Assembly (NCBI GenBank): GCA_040954595.2
Contig: CM082588.2
Span: forward strand, 4,838,156 to 4,902,155
Origin: Balanoglossus misakiensis
Lineage: Eukaryota; Animalia; Hemichordata
Length of the DNA stretch: 64,000 nt
Direction of reading: 5' to 3'
Shown here: positions 1 through 13,649 of the stretch, one piece after another
How positions within the stretch are numbered: the first letter of the stretch is position 1
Layout of the letters: the number at the start of each line of letters is the position of its first letter
The notes under the pieces: generated by a model
What the model was told of the DNA's origin: nothing
Database searches by the model: none
Seen by the model: the letters and a program-made list of their open reading frames with translations, nothing else
Program-made: the position numbers and the translations under genes

Positions 1-1516
1 ATGGCGAAGCAAAATAGCGTCATTTGTTCTGGGGTACGAATTAGGCGCCTACATTAAATGCAGTTTAGAGAAATGCTAAATTGAGAATAGCGGTGATTAG
101 TGTGCTCCGTTCAACCTTGTTATGGAGAATGTGTTTTTAAATTGTACGGATTAGAATTGCCGTTGAACAATATTATTGAAAACGCCCAAGTGATAACATT
201 TACCTACGGCTGTTCCAGAGGATAGCGGGGGATTTGACAGGCTTGCTATGACAGTGGGCAAAGTACCGACAGTTGCAAGTGTTTATGCCCTCAGAAACAA
301 GCAGGCTACATCAGTCTTATTACATGTAGTTTATAGTGAAATACATTGCACGGTTGGAGAGACTCGTTATTTTCAAAGTTGACAGTCACATCTAACCATC
401 ATCTGGAATACAAAGAATTCTCCGGAGCAGCACGTTTCTCGAAGATAACAAGCACGACTGCACAATGGCACCACAGTACATTGTACACACAGGAAGCTCT
501 TCGGAGACACTCGTCTTTGAGTGTCTGCGATCTGAATTATTTCCAAAGCTCAGGGGATCTAAGAGACACTAGGCAATCATTAAATGGTAATCGACAATTG
601 ACCCTCATCACTCCGCTACGTGTTGCCACGGAAACGCTCATAAAATTCTCTTATCACCAATTAAAAAGTAATGAAGGATGTGACACGAAAAAAGTAACGT
701 GCAGGTTCGGGCCTAGTCTCTGTTTGCTTCGATTGGCGACATGCTTAGGTCAGGGGATGGGTATGATTTTGACTCGGTGTTTATCTCTCTTTGGTATTCC
801 GAACACACAAATGTGCGTGCTTCAACGAAGGTATCTTGTTTGTCTGTTTTTACCATCTTACGACGCACAACAAAGACGTAAAACTGTCGTCATCTGATTA
901 CGTGTCCCATCTCTTGAGATGACGACCGTCGAAACAGTGGCGGCGGCCATATTGGTACTGCGTTTTGGGTCAGAGGTCAATTAGACAATAACAAGCGCCT
1001 TGCATTGGCGTCAGGGCCTTTGTTGTTCAATAGCAGCAATGTAAGGGCGACATCCCTTCCTAAAATGTTACAGCAGGGGCTGTTCTTCGCTTGTAGTGTC
1101 AGGCTCGGTGGAACTAACCGAGAAGCGAATTTCTACAACCAGTCGCGGCGATGATGACTAATGCATGGTGCCATGTCCTTCTGAATGAAGATTGATTTAC
1201 AGTGGATAAGTGTTAGCCACGGAGAGAAAAGAGAAAGCAGCTTTGAATTATTTGTGAGACCTTAAAACCGTAACTTCGAGAAACGTGCGGTTTCAATTAT
1301 TAAATGCAACAGGTTCGTGCCCCAAATTGAGTAAAACAGACAAACTGGTGCATCAAACAGCTCAACGAGGAAGCTGCAGCGCTTACTAGTAAATCTTTTC
1401 TTGAGCTTGGCTAATAGTAACGTATTGAATGGTCCATAGAACTCAACAAGTGACAAGTGAGCGTGTTTTATTGCGGAGAAACACAAGCGACGGTTTGAAA
1501 TATATCCCCTACACAT

Positions 1517-1627
1517 CAATCTGATTAAAATCAGATGTAGGGAACGGCGACTTGTTTTTTTTTATGCTGTCGCCTACACTACAAAAATCCACGTCGCCGT
1601 TCCCTACATCTGATTTTAATCAGATTG
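1517..1627. mobile_element. 111-bp MITE-like element with perfect 35-bp terminal inverted repeats and a 9-bp target-site duplication (Mutator-like)
   Basis: 1517-1551 (caatctgattaaaatcagatgtagggaacggcgac) is the exact reverse complement of 1593-1627. Flanks cctacacat (1508-1516) and cctacatat (1628-1636) match at 8/9 positions. Confidence 0.8.
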
Positions 1628-2969
1628 CCTACATATATGCTGTGGACTGTAGTTTAAATATAGTCATTACCTTAGAGTCAACAGACTGATCATTCTTCTG
1701 TTGGTAGTTGATCACTGTCTCTTGTGGCATTAATTCAACAAAAGCCACATATCAGGAATTGTCACATTATATGATGATGTACATGTATGATGACATTTAG
1801 AAGAGCCCATAAAAATGTCCGTTGGTCGTCGAGATTATTTTCCACATCATGGTAATTTCAAATTATGATCTTTTTGATGACATATGTAATAACAGGTGCT
1901 GTGGACACTTGAAATTATTCGACTGGGAATATTTGACAAGTTATTTGATTTTTGCGCAAGGAAATGACGACAGAAATACTTCTATGAGCTTTACGACGCC
2001 TCGAATAAATGTCATCATTCAAATCCCAATGTAGAAAAGAATCCAGCAGCCTTACTCAGGGATATAGTTTTGAATTTCTCGGTAATCTCTTACGTGTTGG
2101 GCTTGCGAAGTACTGTCACATTATAAGAAGGGAGCAGTTTGCCATTTCAAGGTCACAGTGACCTTCAATCCTCCTTGCCGTGACGGCTTGCCTCTTTTGA
2201 CAGTTCTCTAGAATTTGTATGCCTTCTGGTCTTTTATCTCCTCTTTGACAGAAATGCGGTTAGTCTTCTTCGTTCCTTCAATCGGTCGTTTTCCGTCTTC
2301 CTTTTGAACCTGTATATTTGAAGATCCTACCAACCTTGATCACTTTTTTTCTGTCCGTATGACGATACGGTGAGACCAAAATCACAAACAAATATTGCAA
2401 TACCATGAATGCTAAAGTCTAATGGGGGTAGAAACATATCAACGTGGGCATACTTGTCCACTTTCCTTCGTAAAGGGAATCTTGCCATTCAGGCAGCAAC
2501 CTTAAAGTCGAGTGTGCAGAATTATGGAAACTCTATCAAGGCACGAATTCTGGATTTTGCTTTCACGTCATGTTGAACACCTCATTAGCAGTTTAGCTTT
2601 CAAATTTACTCCAAGCATCCAAGGAATTTCATCAATTTTACCTGGGAATTCCTCCCCCAGGTGTCATATACCGCCAGACAAAGTTGTAGACTCTTCATCA
2701 TCGTTATATTTAAGGAGCAATTGTTCAGAATTTTGATGACACGTAATAATTTCGAGCAAAATGTGATCGTAAATCATCCATTGCAAAATAAAATCCATTG
2801 CAAAACATCAAAGAGAATTACGCAACGTTGGCCATAATGATGTTTATACCCGTCAACATATAATGTGATCATGTATAAATGTGACAGGCACACCATCAAG
2901 TCATTTGACATGGACAACGTAATCGATGACTTTTAATATAGGACATAAAATAGATCATGATCTGATACT

Positions 2970-3037
2970 CAGACTGACAGACAGACAGACAGAGAGACAG
3001 ACAGACAGATACACAGACTGACAGACAGACATAGAGA
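2970..3037. repeat. Imperfect (CAGA)n microsatellite
   Basis: cagactgacagacagacagacagagagacagacagacagatacacagactgacagacagac. Confidence 0.9.
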
Positions 3038-6000
3038 CGCATACACGCTATATGTACAAGGAGACAGACGAAAACACCCGAAAGGGAAATAGCACATGAT
3101 TATCGAACAGGCTGACTACATCGTTCGACTTGCAGAAGAATCAATAACGGTGACGCCTGTTGCTAATACTTGCCATGCATTCAGTGACTGGGTTATTAGC
3201 TGGGGGCATTCCCGTAGCAGTTTGCAGTAATCATCGATAACTCGCCGTGTGTTTCTTCAAGTGGGAGCAATTTGTACAGTAGCCCGACATTATCTGTTAT
3301 GATTTGGACAAAAGAGAACAGCTCTCGACAATCCCTTTGAATTTAAGTCACAAATGTGCGACTATTCTGTCCCCTAGTGTAACTGGCACACGTCAATCAT
3401 GATCTGGTCCAGAAACTCAACTAACGAGAACCTTAAGCATAAAGACAGTTTGTGTATGAGGGCAAAGAGTACGTGTCAGTCACGAGCGCTATCAACATTG
3501 AATGCACGACTGATATGTTAATTAGAAACCAATGCTCTAACGTTTTTCAACAGGTCCCACCCTACCCCACGTCTGCTAAGTTCGGATGCACCCATTCAAT
3601 CTCCGTCCAGTGGACATTATAACTTTAAAAGCCCTGTTTATAACAACATTTCAAATACGTCTCCAAATTGGAGAAACTTGCGTCAACTTTTCGCCATGCA
3701 ATGCTTCTTAAGGAAATTGCGAGGATGCAAAGGTACATTGTGCCACCAACAATCAGCCAGTAGGCTTCGGGCGATATTGTCTCCATGGCTTTTCTCTGCC
3801 TCCGTTTTCCGCTGTCAGACAAGAGGGAGATGATTCACATTGAACAGGGAAGGTTATTGCAAAAGGGTGCAATATCCTTCGACGTCATAATTCTGCGCAA
3901 TAAAGGGGCACATACCAGCAAAACGCCCTTAGCAAAACGCTCAGCTGAGACGAAAACAGCTTTTCGCTATTCTCCTGGTGAAATCGCTAATGATTCATAA
4001 ACGCACGGGAAATTCGGTGACGGTCGGACTCACGTCATACTTCCCCCACAACACTGTCAACAGGCGAAACTTTTTTGTCTTTTTTTTTTTTTATCGTCAC
4101 GTATAGGTGATAATACCGATTGCTTTCGATTCTGAAGGCGATACCTGAGGCGCATGGATTACTGCGTGTTTACAGCATTTTCACGGTCCATGTATATTTA
4201 GTTGGATCGATCAATGGCAGGGGAGGATTCTCTGGTGGCTAATATAGTGAAGGCTTTGCACCAAGTGAATAACCAATATTAAATTGTGCTCACAAGTTCT
4301 GAATAACTCTTGCCAATCTCCGTCAATGCATTAATCCTGAAATGAATTCGTAAACTCTACTTCATCAGTATCTACTGCACTGGTTGATCAAATGTTTGCA
4401 TAATTTTGCTCGAATATGATTTTCTTCCCTCGCGTTCGCAATATTATCTTTAAATTCGACTTTATGGGGCGTTGTAAACTATGCGAAGTGCTTATTCACT
4501 TAAAGGCGTAAATAGCGACTGACTTCTTCTGAATACCAACAAACAATAACCATCAGTCGTTTGCTAGTTAATGTTAATGAAATTTATTAAATCATCGCGC
4601 CCTCTAGTGGGGTTTCCTCGCGTAACGGAAACGTATATCATATAATTGATAATTTGGATATCACTTTACATGCAATCATCTATACTGCGCTTCCTCTATG
4701 TATAGATTTCGGAAATTCTTTTATTAAAAAGCGCAACGGTGGTGTATAATGGAGTCTGCCAACCACTTTTCAGTTCTCTTATGACGGAAGCAACGGCATA
4801 ACAGCATTATATTCTCTGCTCGCTGCAACCCATCTGGAAATTTAATTGAGTCGTATTTGCCTTGCGTAACAACATCTGCTATTACCAGTGAAAAGGGGAC
4901 TACTACAAGGCACGCCGTGATAACAACTGGCTGAAGCATGCACGGCATATTTCTTCTATAAGAAGCGATTTAATGAATAAGGGGAGCGTGAAAATTGTTC
5001 CCGGCAAATGATCGCTCTGTCGTCTGCCATCTGTAGAATTTCCATGAGGAGACGTCCACTCCACAAGCCACAACAAGAGAGAGTCTGTCCGCGCCATTTA
5101 TTTACCATGCTGATCGCATCTTACAGTCAGTTCACGACATTTCTAGCTGTCAGAAACATTTCATTTGATATTTCCTCCTGTGTTTCTCGCGCTGAGCGTG
5201 GTCACAGATATATCACAGAACCCAAATAATGTCATTTAGCCCCCTTGATCGATTTGGTATGTCCACAATATGTGTCGTCGGCAAAAATATTCATCAGTTG
5301 TCATGCATCATAAAAGAAACCGTTTCTATTTTTTTTATTTCTGTAATATAAATAACTTCATGATTTCACCGCTGGATCACTGCAACGAAGACTACCAGCA
5401 ATAATGAAAATTGGTTCACCTGCCGACCCATTTTGTCCCTGTTATTATATTTAAAGTAATATTTTTTGTGACTATACTCTCCGCCGTTTTTTGTGCCTAA
5501 ATATAAAACCGCCTGTTTCTCGAGAAGAATAAATAATTACATCAAACTGTCTATCTATGTTAATCCAGTTAAAGCTCCATACCTGTAACTCTTCGCTATT
5601 TTTTCAGTAGTATTTTTTTTGTGTGTGTATCTACTGCAGTTTCTTGTTCGAATCCCTGAATCATGATGGAATTCCCACAATCGCGAGGAAGTAATGGGTA
5701 GCAAGTATTCGTATAGCAGCAGCAGCAGTATAGGCTGCTTGGTGGAGAGCAACAGCGTTCACATAATACATAAAAAAAGTACGTTGTCACACGTTTTTGG
5801 CATCTTATCGTTTATAACCAAGGGATGGTATTTAAACACAGGCGGGCTTTGCACGGTCTTTTGTTTTTGGGGTACATGGCGTCAAATATTCAAATATTGC
5901 CATAACACAGCAGAGTAAAGCCGGGTTTACTTTGAGAAGATGCACTATGTATGAGGGTTTCTTTTCTTTGCGATGCCTTTCTTTGAATTTAACAGATAGT

Positions 6001-9000
6001 ACTGCATAGTGCACCCACTCGACTTTATGACAAAACGAAACTCATTTTTGAATATGTCCAAAATAGTTCAGGCATCGTAAATATGCAAATATGCTGATCG
6101 GCAAGGGATGTGATCAGCAGCAGATATTTTGATGCTCATTATTTTTTAGCAAGCACGTATACAACATAACTTAAGTTTCAATTTGTGTGCAGAAGTATAG
6201 GTAAAATAATCGTCGCCAAACGTCTCCTTGCCAATGGTATGGTCCGTATCAGCGCTCATTGACCTTCGACGGTCCAGACGCGCGACAATACGCCCGTTCT
6301 CTTGACCATAACTTGATGGAGGTGTAAACATTACTACCCTGGCAAAAGCAGTCCTGTGTCTAATAATAATTTTTGAGTGGCCATATTTTCAAAAACCGCT
6401 GTACATATGGTTGTTTGTCGAGTAGCCATCTTTCCCAACTGAGTTGATGTTCACTATTTTGCACAGAGTGCGTGATATCAAACGTTAACAAGTCGTCTAC
6501 AGTCTTTCACACAAACAGTTTCGTATGCGACGAATTTGTATTTCATCACAAAACCACCCGCTATGTTGTCATTATAGGGTATTGACAGGCACATGCTGTT
6601 TATGGCTTTAACGTAGGTTGTTGACCGGGGGGAGTTTGACAGGTCACAGGGATCTGCATATTGCAAGTGCTGCATCTGTTGTTTGTCGGCGGGTGCACCA
6701 ATCAGCGTCGGGAACGCCATGGATGGTGAACTCTTGCTCACTGCAAAACCGGACAGTTATGGCCGCCATTTCTGCTTACGGTGTTCGAAGCTGTACTCCA
6801 ATTCACCGTCTCTGACTACCAGTTTATCCACTGTAAGTTGGCCGTTGTTGGAGCTGTCAACTCAGCAAGCCAGCCTCCAGTCAGCCCAGCCATTTTAGCC
6901 TATTTCCGGACATGTCGTGTCATGCCACACGAAAACTTTTGCCTCGTGTCATCCTGCAGCGCTAACTCGCCGTATCATCGACTGAGAGTGCTGCCTTCGT
7001 CGCCATTCTGTTGGAGACCGTGGACACTATATCTGTTGTGAGTTTACAGTATTTTTTCACAGATCTTAGAAAAGCATTTACTGATGTCATACGTCCTGTA
7101 TTTATTCTGTTTTAAGGGAGCATTACGGGCAAGTGACCCGTTGGCACGTACTTGTGTGTGAATGTCTTCGTTTCTGCACAAAACACTCTGGATTCCGAAC
7201 GCCCATTTGGTAGTCGTAAATTAAAAGTCACATTTGGCAACAGTATTCTCCACCTACTAGTGAAAACCCCCCACAGAAATACACACTCTAAATAATAAAA
7301 TGTGGCTTGCGATGGCGTTAGTTTTCAATCAGTAATTTAGGTAGTGGGGTAACGTCGGTGCGTTACGTATATAGGCAATTGTTCATTTTACTGTTGGGCT
7401 GTCAATTATACGCACTCATGCGCTCGGGGATGTCTGTTGAGTTTCACGTCCATTTGTTCGGTTCTCTTGTTGCAGGGGATCTTTTCTTGCCAGAAAAGGA
7501 TTGGTCGGTAATTTGGAAGGTGGTCGATTTTCGTTGACTAATTTTGCTAATATGGATGGAGGTTGTTCGGCCACGCCCAAGACGACGTGATATACATTGT
7601 ACTACATGTATATCCACCACGAGGTATGTGCGTGTACTTAAAGCCTTCCTTGTACTTTAATTAAGTGCATCGAACGTGTGTCCTGTAAACTTTGCTAGTG
7701 TTTGTCAACCTGTTTGTCTAGGTGTTAGTCTGTGGTCATTTTTATTGGGGGAGGGGAGAGGCAGGGAAGAGGGGGATTAGGTTGGAGAGCATCGTTATTT
7801 CTGTTTCTTGGCGACCAAGCACAAGCGCTGTGTGAGCTATATAACTTCTGCCTTGGCGTTGGATAAGAATATGGCTCCGCGAACTTGAAAACGTCTTCAT
7901 GCGTAACGATGGCGTGAACTGTATCATGGTGTTCGTCATTAACTACGTCCCCTTTCATGACACTGGAAATCAAAGATTTTCTTTTTCAATCAGCGGGGAT
8001 CCTGCTGTTTGGAAGTCAGACAGATGGCGCTGCGGGCAAGACGCCGCGGTGACATTTAAGAGTTCGTACCGTCGAGTTAGATCGTGTGAAGACGTGTTGT
8101 TTTCTCGTTGCTGGCCTTCGAATCATGCTACACGACAACTCTAATCACTTCGCACGGGGATTTGCGATTTCCTGCGGCCAGTGTTCAAGTTGAGGACCGT
8201 CCGCTCTCAAATCCTGTGTCGTTCCAATCAATCAATACCCTGCAGAAACGACCTTGTGTTTCGTATATTGCAATGAAGGACATATCTTTAGACAGCAAAT
8301 ACTGAAGCCAAGCACACATTGTATAGTCTATACATCGCGAGATATAGCTATCCGTGCATTATTATATCGCTTTCATTAACTCATAAAATGAAAAGCATCC
8401 TCCCGATGCGCAACAGATTTCCAGAGAAGTGATAGCCCTCCAAACTTTCCAATTCTTTGCTATCATAAAGAGGGGATTTGTCTGAAAATGGGGGTGATCA
8501 CCATCATGTTATTTTCAACTAATTAATGCCTCATGTAATCACCCGATCTCGACTCACGGATTGCTAAGAAGTTTTCACACGACGTTTTTCCCCGGAGTTT
8601 CTGATGCAGATAGGGCTTGGGCCCCTTTGGAGAGCCAGCGATATTAATTAACCCCTTAGCGGGTCCCCTCAATACGCGATACCCCTCAGGGGGGTCACAA
8701 TTTTCTGGGTCGTTTCTAACTTTGTATTACATATATGTTACCTAAAATGCATTACATATATAATCCCTAGACAGAGTGTATGTTTGGAAAATGTGACCCA
8801 GAAAACGTATAATGTCAAAGTTTACGCTGAACATCACGATTGGACTAAAAAGTTTTACTTGCAGGGGAGTTCTGTCCCGACTGCAGTCTGACGTCAGAGG
8901 TTAGATTTTGTGACATGTTGACAGTAAAAATAAATTTGTATTTCACACGTGAAAAGAATACAGGACTCAAAACTATTAAACTTATTAGGTATTTGTAATT

Positions 9001-12000
9001 TCCATTCAGAGCACGATAAAACCAAAATACGACCCGACAGCCTTTTTTATTGTTTGCATTTTATTGTCTTTGGAGATCCCGAACGAGTCCCGAACACAAG
9101 CAAATGTCAGGAACATACTATCACAGATATATCCAGATTGCAATCGCATTTATTTATTCCCCCGCTTTTATATGAACCCTAATACGACAATTCAATTATT
9201 CATCGCACAAATTCCCCAGGGGGAATCATTGACCGTATACTGACGTCTCTTCTTCGCTGATTTTATATTCAATTGCTTGATGCTAGTCTATAACAACGCC
9301 AACGGTCAATTTGCGATCAGAAACCAGAATTGGTTTTCAACAAGACCCGTCTGTGTATTTTCATTTGCCGTCAAGTATAACCTTATTCCAATTAATTATG
9401 CATTTTTTTCCGCATAAATAAAATAAAGGTCTTTGTTCGTAATTGTGCATCGGTTTGTCATAAATAAGGCACATTAAAATCATTTAAGGCTATCTGCGTT
9501 GGTCGACCTTTGCGTTTTTAAAGGACGTTCCCATAAAAAAGCGCTCCACACATAGATAATATTACAGCTGGCACCCGAATTGGTACAGATGGGTCTAGGT
9601 CACGTGATCGCGTTACGACATGGTGCAACACATATGGCTTGTATGCACGTATCTGCAAAAAAAAAAATCGTTTTATTTGTCGATAGGATAAAAACGTGAA
9701 ACCTAAAAAGTAAGAAGACACACTCGCATCGGTGAATATGCAAGCATGTGTTAAAAATTCATGTCCAATACACAGGAAAAATAGCCGCACATTCACTCCA
9801 TCAGGCGACCCCGCGTCGAGGAGCAAGAGACACAAAGCACCGACGCTTTACATCCAACAAAGGCTGCCCACATTATAAATATGGTGACTCCGTTACTTGC
9901 CCTTTATCATTCTATTCATCAATAAAATATGATATTTGCACATGCCTCCAGGTGAGACAGAATGCTTTGTCAAACTAGTGTTATGCTAATTTAACTATAA
10001 GTAATTTATCACTCTGATAGTACATTTCCCATTGAATTGTATCGTTTTAATAAGACTTGATATCCCTATGGGGTATTTAAAATCAAATTATTATCAAGTT
10101 ATTTCTTAAAACACAAAGAAGTTCATATCTTCTCCTGGACCATCGATTCTTTTCAAACCAAGCTGACAGAAGTTTTGCTCTTTTTAATAAATGGTAAACC
10201 TGCAATTAGTTAACTAATACAAACTGCGCATGTACGTGAACCCTGATGTTTCTATAGAGAGATAATTTGAAACTATGCGTCTTAAACATTTTCTCATGTT
10301 TTCTCAAGTTACTGCGGAGAAAAATTGAGACGATGACCGCCCTGTTTTTCCTTCAGTTTTTCAAAAGACTCCTCACATACTTCAATATAGCAACGGATTG
10401 AAAGATTTGGAGTAATACGATTTTTCAGGAAAGTTGTCCCCGAGGCGAGGTTTAAGTTGTTCAGCGACATCTGATGAAGACGATCAGTGTACTATAGAGG
10501 AAAGAAAATATCTTCAGTGACTGCGAAAAATACACCGAACTATTGATTTGATCAAAGCAATTATTGAATAATTGTATAATTGCACCGAAAATTGGTTATT
10601 ACAGTAACGTCAATGCAATGACGTATATCGAATTGTAATCTTTCCTGTCTTGGTGTAACAGTCTGTCCGATAGACTTGAAAATGCCTACGTGGAAGTAAA
10701 TTAGTACTTTCTTTTTAATTATGCTAATTTGATTTTCCCGGTTTTTAAACAATGTTCATAATTATAAAATCACATACGTACACGATTTGACGAAGTTCCG
10801 TCGAGGTGACGACGTCGAACGGGTGACGTCACGACGATTACACGCGGGACTTGGGTCGATCGATGACGCCTGATAATCTGTTTCGGAGTCGCCACCGCAT
10901 CTTTCTTCTTACGCCCTGTTCTCCATCGCCCCATCGGTGTCGTCTTTCGACTGCCACCGGGGATTACCCGTGATTCCGGCTTCCACGATGTTTACAGGCA
11001 ACGGCCCACCTTCCGAGGTCGAGACTGCGATGAAATGATATCGTAACACACGCCGACTCAGTACAACCTTCGGTCGCAAGAATGGCTTGTTTGCGGCGTT
11101 CTAATCCCACATAATTCCCCCAATAAAATGTGCCCAATAAAAGCGAACGATGTGGTTCTGTAAAGCCAAGACTCAGGCGGGGAACTCGAGTCCTTTACAC
11201 GACCCAGAGTCGGAGGCGGCGGTGAGGGAATGATGACACAGCAGAATACTCGTATAACAGCAGATATCCCCTTTTTGCTGCATTCCTAACTTCACATCAC
11301 TATACGCGTAATAAAAAATCTGCGAGCAAACCAGTAAAATATAATCCGACGCGGTACCCATGTTGAAGAGTGTACAATATGACCACAGCAAAAAATACAG
11401 CACTTGCTATATTCTGCAAGCTATACCCAAGGTATGTATTGGTCTAATGACAATTAAACCAATCCATAAGTGCACTTAGTTAGGTCTAGTGTACTGTCAT
11501 GAAACATGACAACAACACGGCAACACTGTTAAAATAATAGTGATGGGTACTGGTCAGCCGTGTCGAGGAAGGTAAAATTTATGTACCTATAAATGATTGA
11601 AAATATGATGGGCACCTATGTGTCGATGTTCGTTAATAGGTACATGTGGCTGACCTGTGGCGGCAATTAAATATTGGACACTGGGAAGACACTCTTCCCA
11701 AAGCATAGGCATACACCCAGACGTTAATCTAATATTGAGAAAGAAGAAAATGTAGGTGAATGACCGAGAATGAATTCGTTAATTGAATTTACCACAAAGA
11801 ATGTCGCCAGCTTTAATTAACATAGTTGTCAGATATCATCCATCATGGTTAGCTCAGGGTCTGTTGAGATAATCTGGTGCGAAGTTGTGTACTACCCAGA
11901 TCCTTTGGTCAGTGTGACCACAGCATCTATTACTTCACAAGTTGCCCAATCTTGGCACAAGCAGAAACGTAATAAAAAGGATACGCAACCAAAAACCCAC

Positions 12001-12244
12001 TTTCGAATCAAAACACAAACAAGGGAGATAATACTAAAATCGTACACATATGCAGAATCGAGTGCTTAGACACGACACGCTTTCAAGTAAATTTTAATGT
12101 CTGCACTTTCAGGTCGTTGCAAATGGAACCGACGACAAACGGAAGTTCTTTTCATATAATATGGCTGTAAAGTTAAGTGGGTGCTACCTACTGGTTCCAA
12201 CGCTGACAACACTCCGCAGTTGCATATCGTATATTTGATTGTCT

Positions 12245-12356
12245 CCTGATTGGTCGACATCTTCAATCAGCGGGGGACGCCTGCCAATCGAAACGTCCTC
12301 ACACGCCGTGACGTCAAGATACTATTAGCATTTTACCCGGCGTGAAATGTTTATAA
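12245..12356 (+). promoter_or_regulatory. Putative proximal regulatory region of the GPCR: two CCAAT boxes and a perfect CRE
   Basis: gattgg at about 12248, ccaatc at about 12284 and TGACGTCA at 12309-12316, 170-240 bp upstream of the ATG. An acceptor-like tttctag ends at 12464, so a 5'UTR intron is also possible. Confidence 0.4.
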
Positions 12357-12485
12357 TGCTTTTCGTGCGCTAACAGGTTGGCAGTATTCTTCTTGCGAAA
12401 CTGTGATATCTAGTTGTTATTTGATCTGGTCAGAGGAAAAAAGGCGAAACTTATACCTGTTCTAGTTGCATTGTGATCTGCAACC

Positions 12486-13649
12486 ATGGAGGAGCAGGCG
12501 AATTACACTATTCTCGCGGAGAGTGTCGGAGATGTTTCCACTCCTGATGGTGTGACTGATTTCAACGTCAGCGACGGCAACTTCACTATCTACGGCAGTC
12601 CGGTTCTCGGTCCCGAGGCGATCGTCATCCCGATCGTCTTCGCCGTGATATTCTTCATCGGGGTCATCGGCAACGGGACTTTGGTCCGCATTGTTCTGAT
12701 GAACGCCAGCATGCGCAGCGTGCCGAACGTCTTCATCGCCAGCCTGGCCGTCGGCGACCTCCTCCTCCTCCTCGTCTTCGTGCCTTTCAACGCGCTGACG
12801 TACGCGACGACGGCCTGGCCGCTGGGCGAGCCCATGTGCAAGATCGTCAACAGCGTGCAGGTGGCCAGCACCGGCGTGTCCGTGTTCACCCTGACGGCGC
12901 TGAGCGCCGACCGCTACCAGGCTATCGTCAACCCGATGAACAAGAAGGGCAACAACATGATGAGGCGTACGTACCTGAAAGTCATCTTCATCTGGTGTGT
13001 GTCTCTCCTCCTCGGCATGCCTACCTTCGTCTACAGCAAGCTGATGAAATTCACGTACGAGGACGGCAGCGAATCCCTCTACTGCCGGGCCATCCCGCTG
13101 GATATGATACTGCTGGACCGTCTCCACATAGTGATGATGCTCGTCATCCTCTACCTGGTACCGCTGATCATAATAAGCGTCTACTACGTGCTCATCGCCG
13201 TCAAGCTGATCCGCAGCTCCAAGTCCACCCTGGGCGAGAGTTTACGCAACGAACACAAACAGCTCAGGGCCAGAAAACGGGTGGCCAAAGTCGTCCTGGT
13301 GTTTGTGTTAATTTTCGGCATCTGTTGGCTGCCGTACCATACGTTCAACATGATAATTTCGTTCAGCGTCGACAAGACGCGGTACGGGAACTACGGCATG
13401 CTGTTTTTCAAGTCCCTGGGCACAATCATGGCCTACGCCAACTCGTGCGTCAACCCGCTGGCGCTCTATTTCCTGAGCAACACTTTCAAGACTTACTACA
13501 ACCGGTACATTTTCTGTTTTTTAAACGCCAAAGAAATACACCGAAACGGTCTCGTCAAGGTAGAGTACCGCGACAATAGCTCGTTCAAGCGCTCCCCAAG
13601 CCGCACACTGAGTCGCCTAACGCAGCGTACAATGGTCTATTCCGTATAG
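12486..13649 (+). CDS. Class A neuropeptide GPCR of the bombesin/GRP-neuromedin B-CCHamide-endothelin receptor family, 387 aa, single coding exon
   Basis: Seven hydrophobic segments with GNGTLV (TM1), MRSVPNVFIASLAVGDLLLL (TM2), CK...GVSVFTLTALSADRYQAIVNPM (TM3, nearly as in GRPR), RKRVAKVVLVFV..FGICWLP (TM6) and NSCVNPLALY (TM7). N-terminal N-glycosylation sequons; Kozak context accATGG. Confidence 0.93.
   Translation: MEEQANYTILAESVGDVSTPDGVTDFNVSDGNFTIYGSPVLGPEAIVIPIVFAVIFFIGVIGNGTLVRIVLMNASMRSVPNVFIASLAVGDLLLLLVFVPFNALTYATTAWPLGEPMCKIVNSVQVASTGVSVFTLTALSADRYQAIVNPMNKKGNNMMRRTYLKVIFIWCVSLLLGMPTFVYSKLMKFTYEDGSESLYCRAIPLDMILLDRLHIVMMLVILYLVPLIIISVYYVLIAVKLIRSSKSTLGESLRNEHKQLRARKRVAKVVLVFVLIFGICWLPYHTFNMIISFSVDKTRYGNYGMLFFKSLGTIMAYANSCVNPLALYFLSNTFKTYYNRYIFCFLNAKEIHRNGLVKVEYRDNSSFKRSPSRTLSRLTQRTMVYSV

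Noticed and set aside
346-897. 183-codon ORF
   Set aside because: Non-ATG start, no domain resemblance and no supporting splice structure.
2160-2740. Exon-like purine-rich minus-strand segments with splice-like ends
   Set aside because: The frames I tried contain stop codons and no family is recognisable; at most a decayed pseudogene.
6140-7040. GC-richer stretch with several short overlapping ORFs (possible TE or TRIM-like relic)
   Set aside because: No convincing motif in any frame.
12462-13579. 221-aa antisense ORF and 247-aa alternative-frame ORF over the GPCR
   Set aside because: Shadow ORFs expected from the strongly GC3-biased codons of the real CDS; no recognisable motifs.
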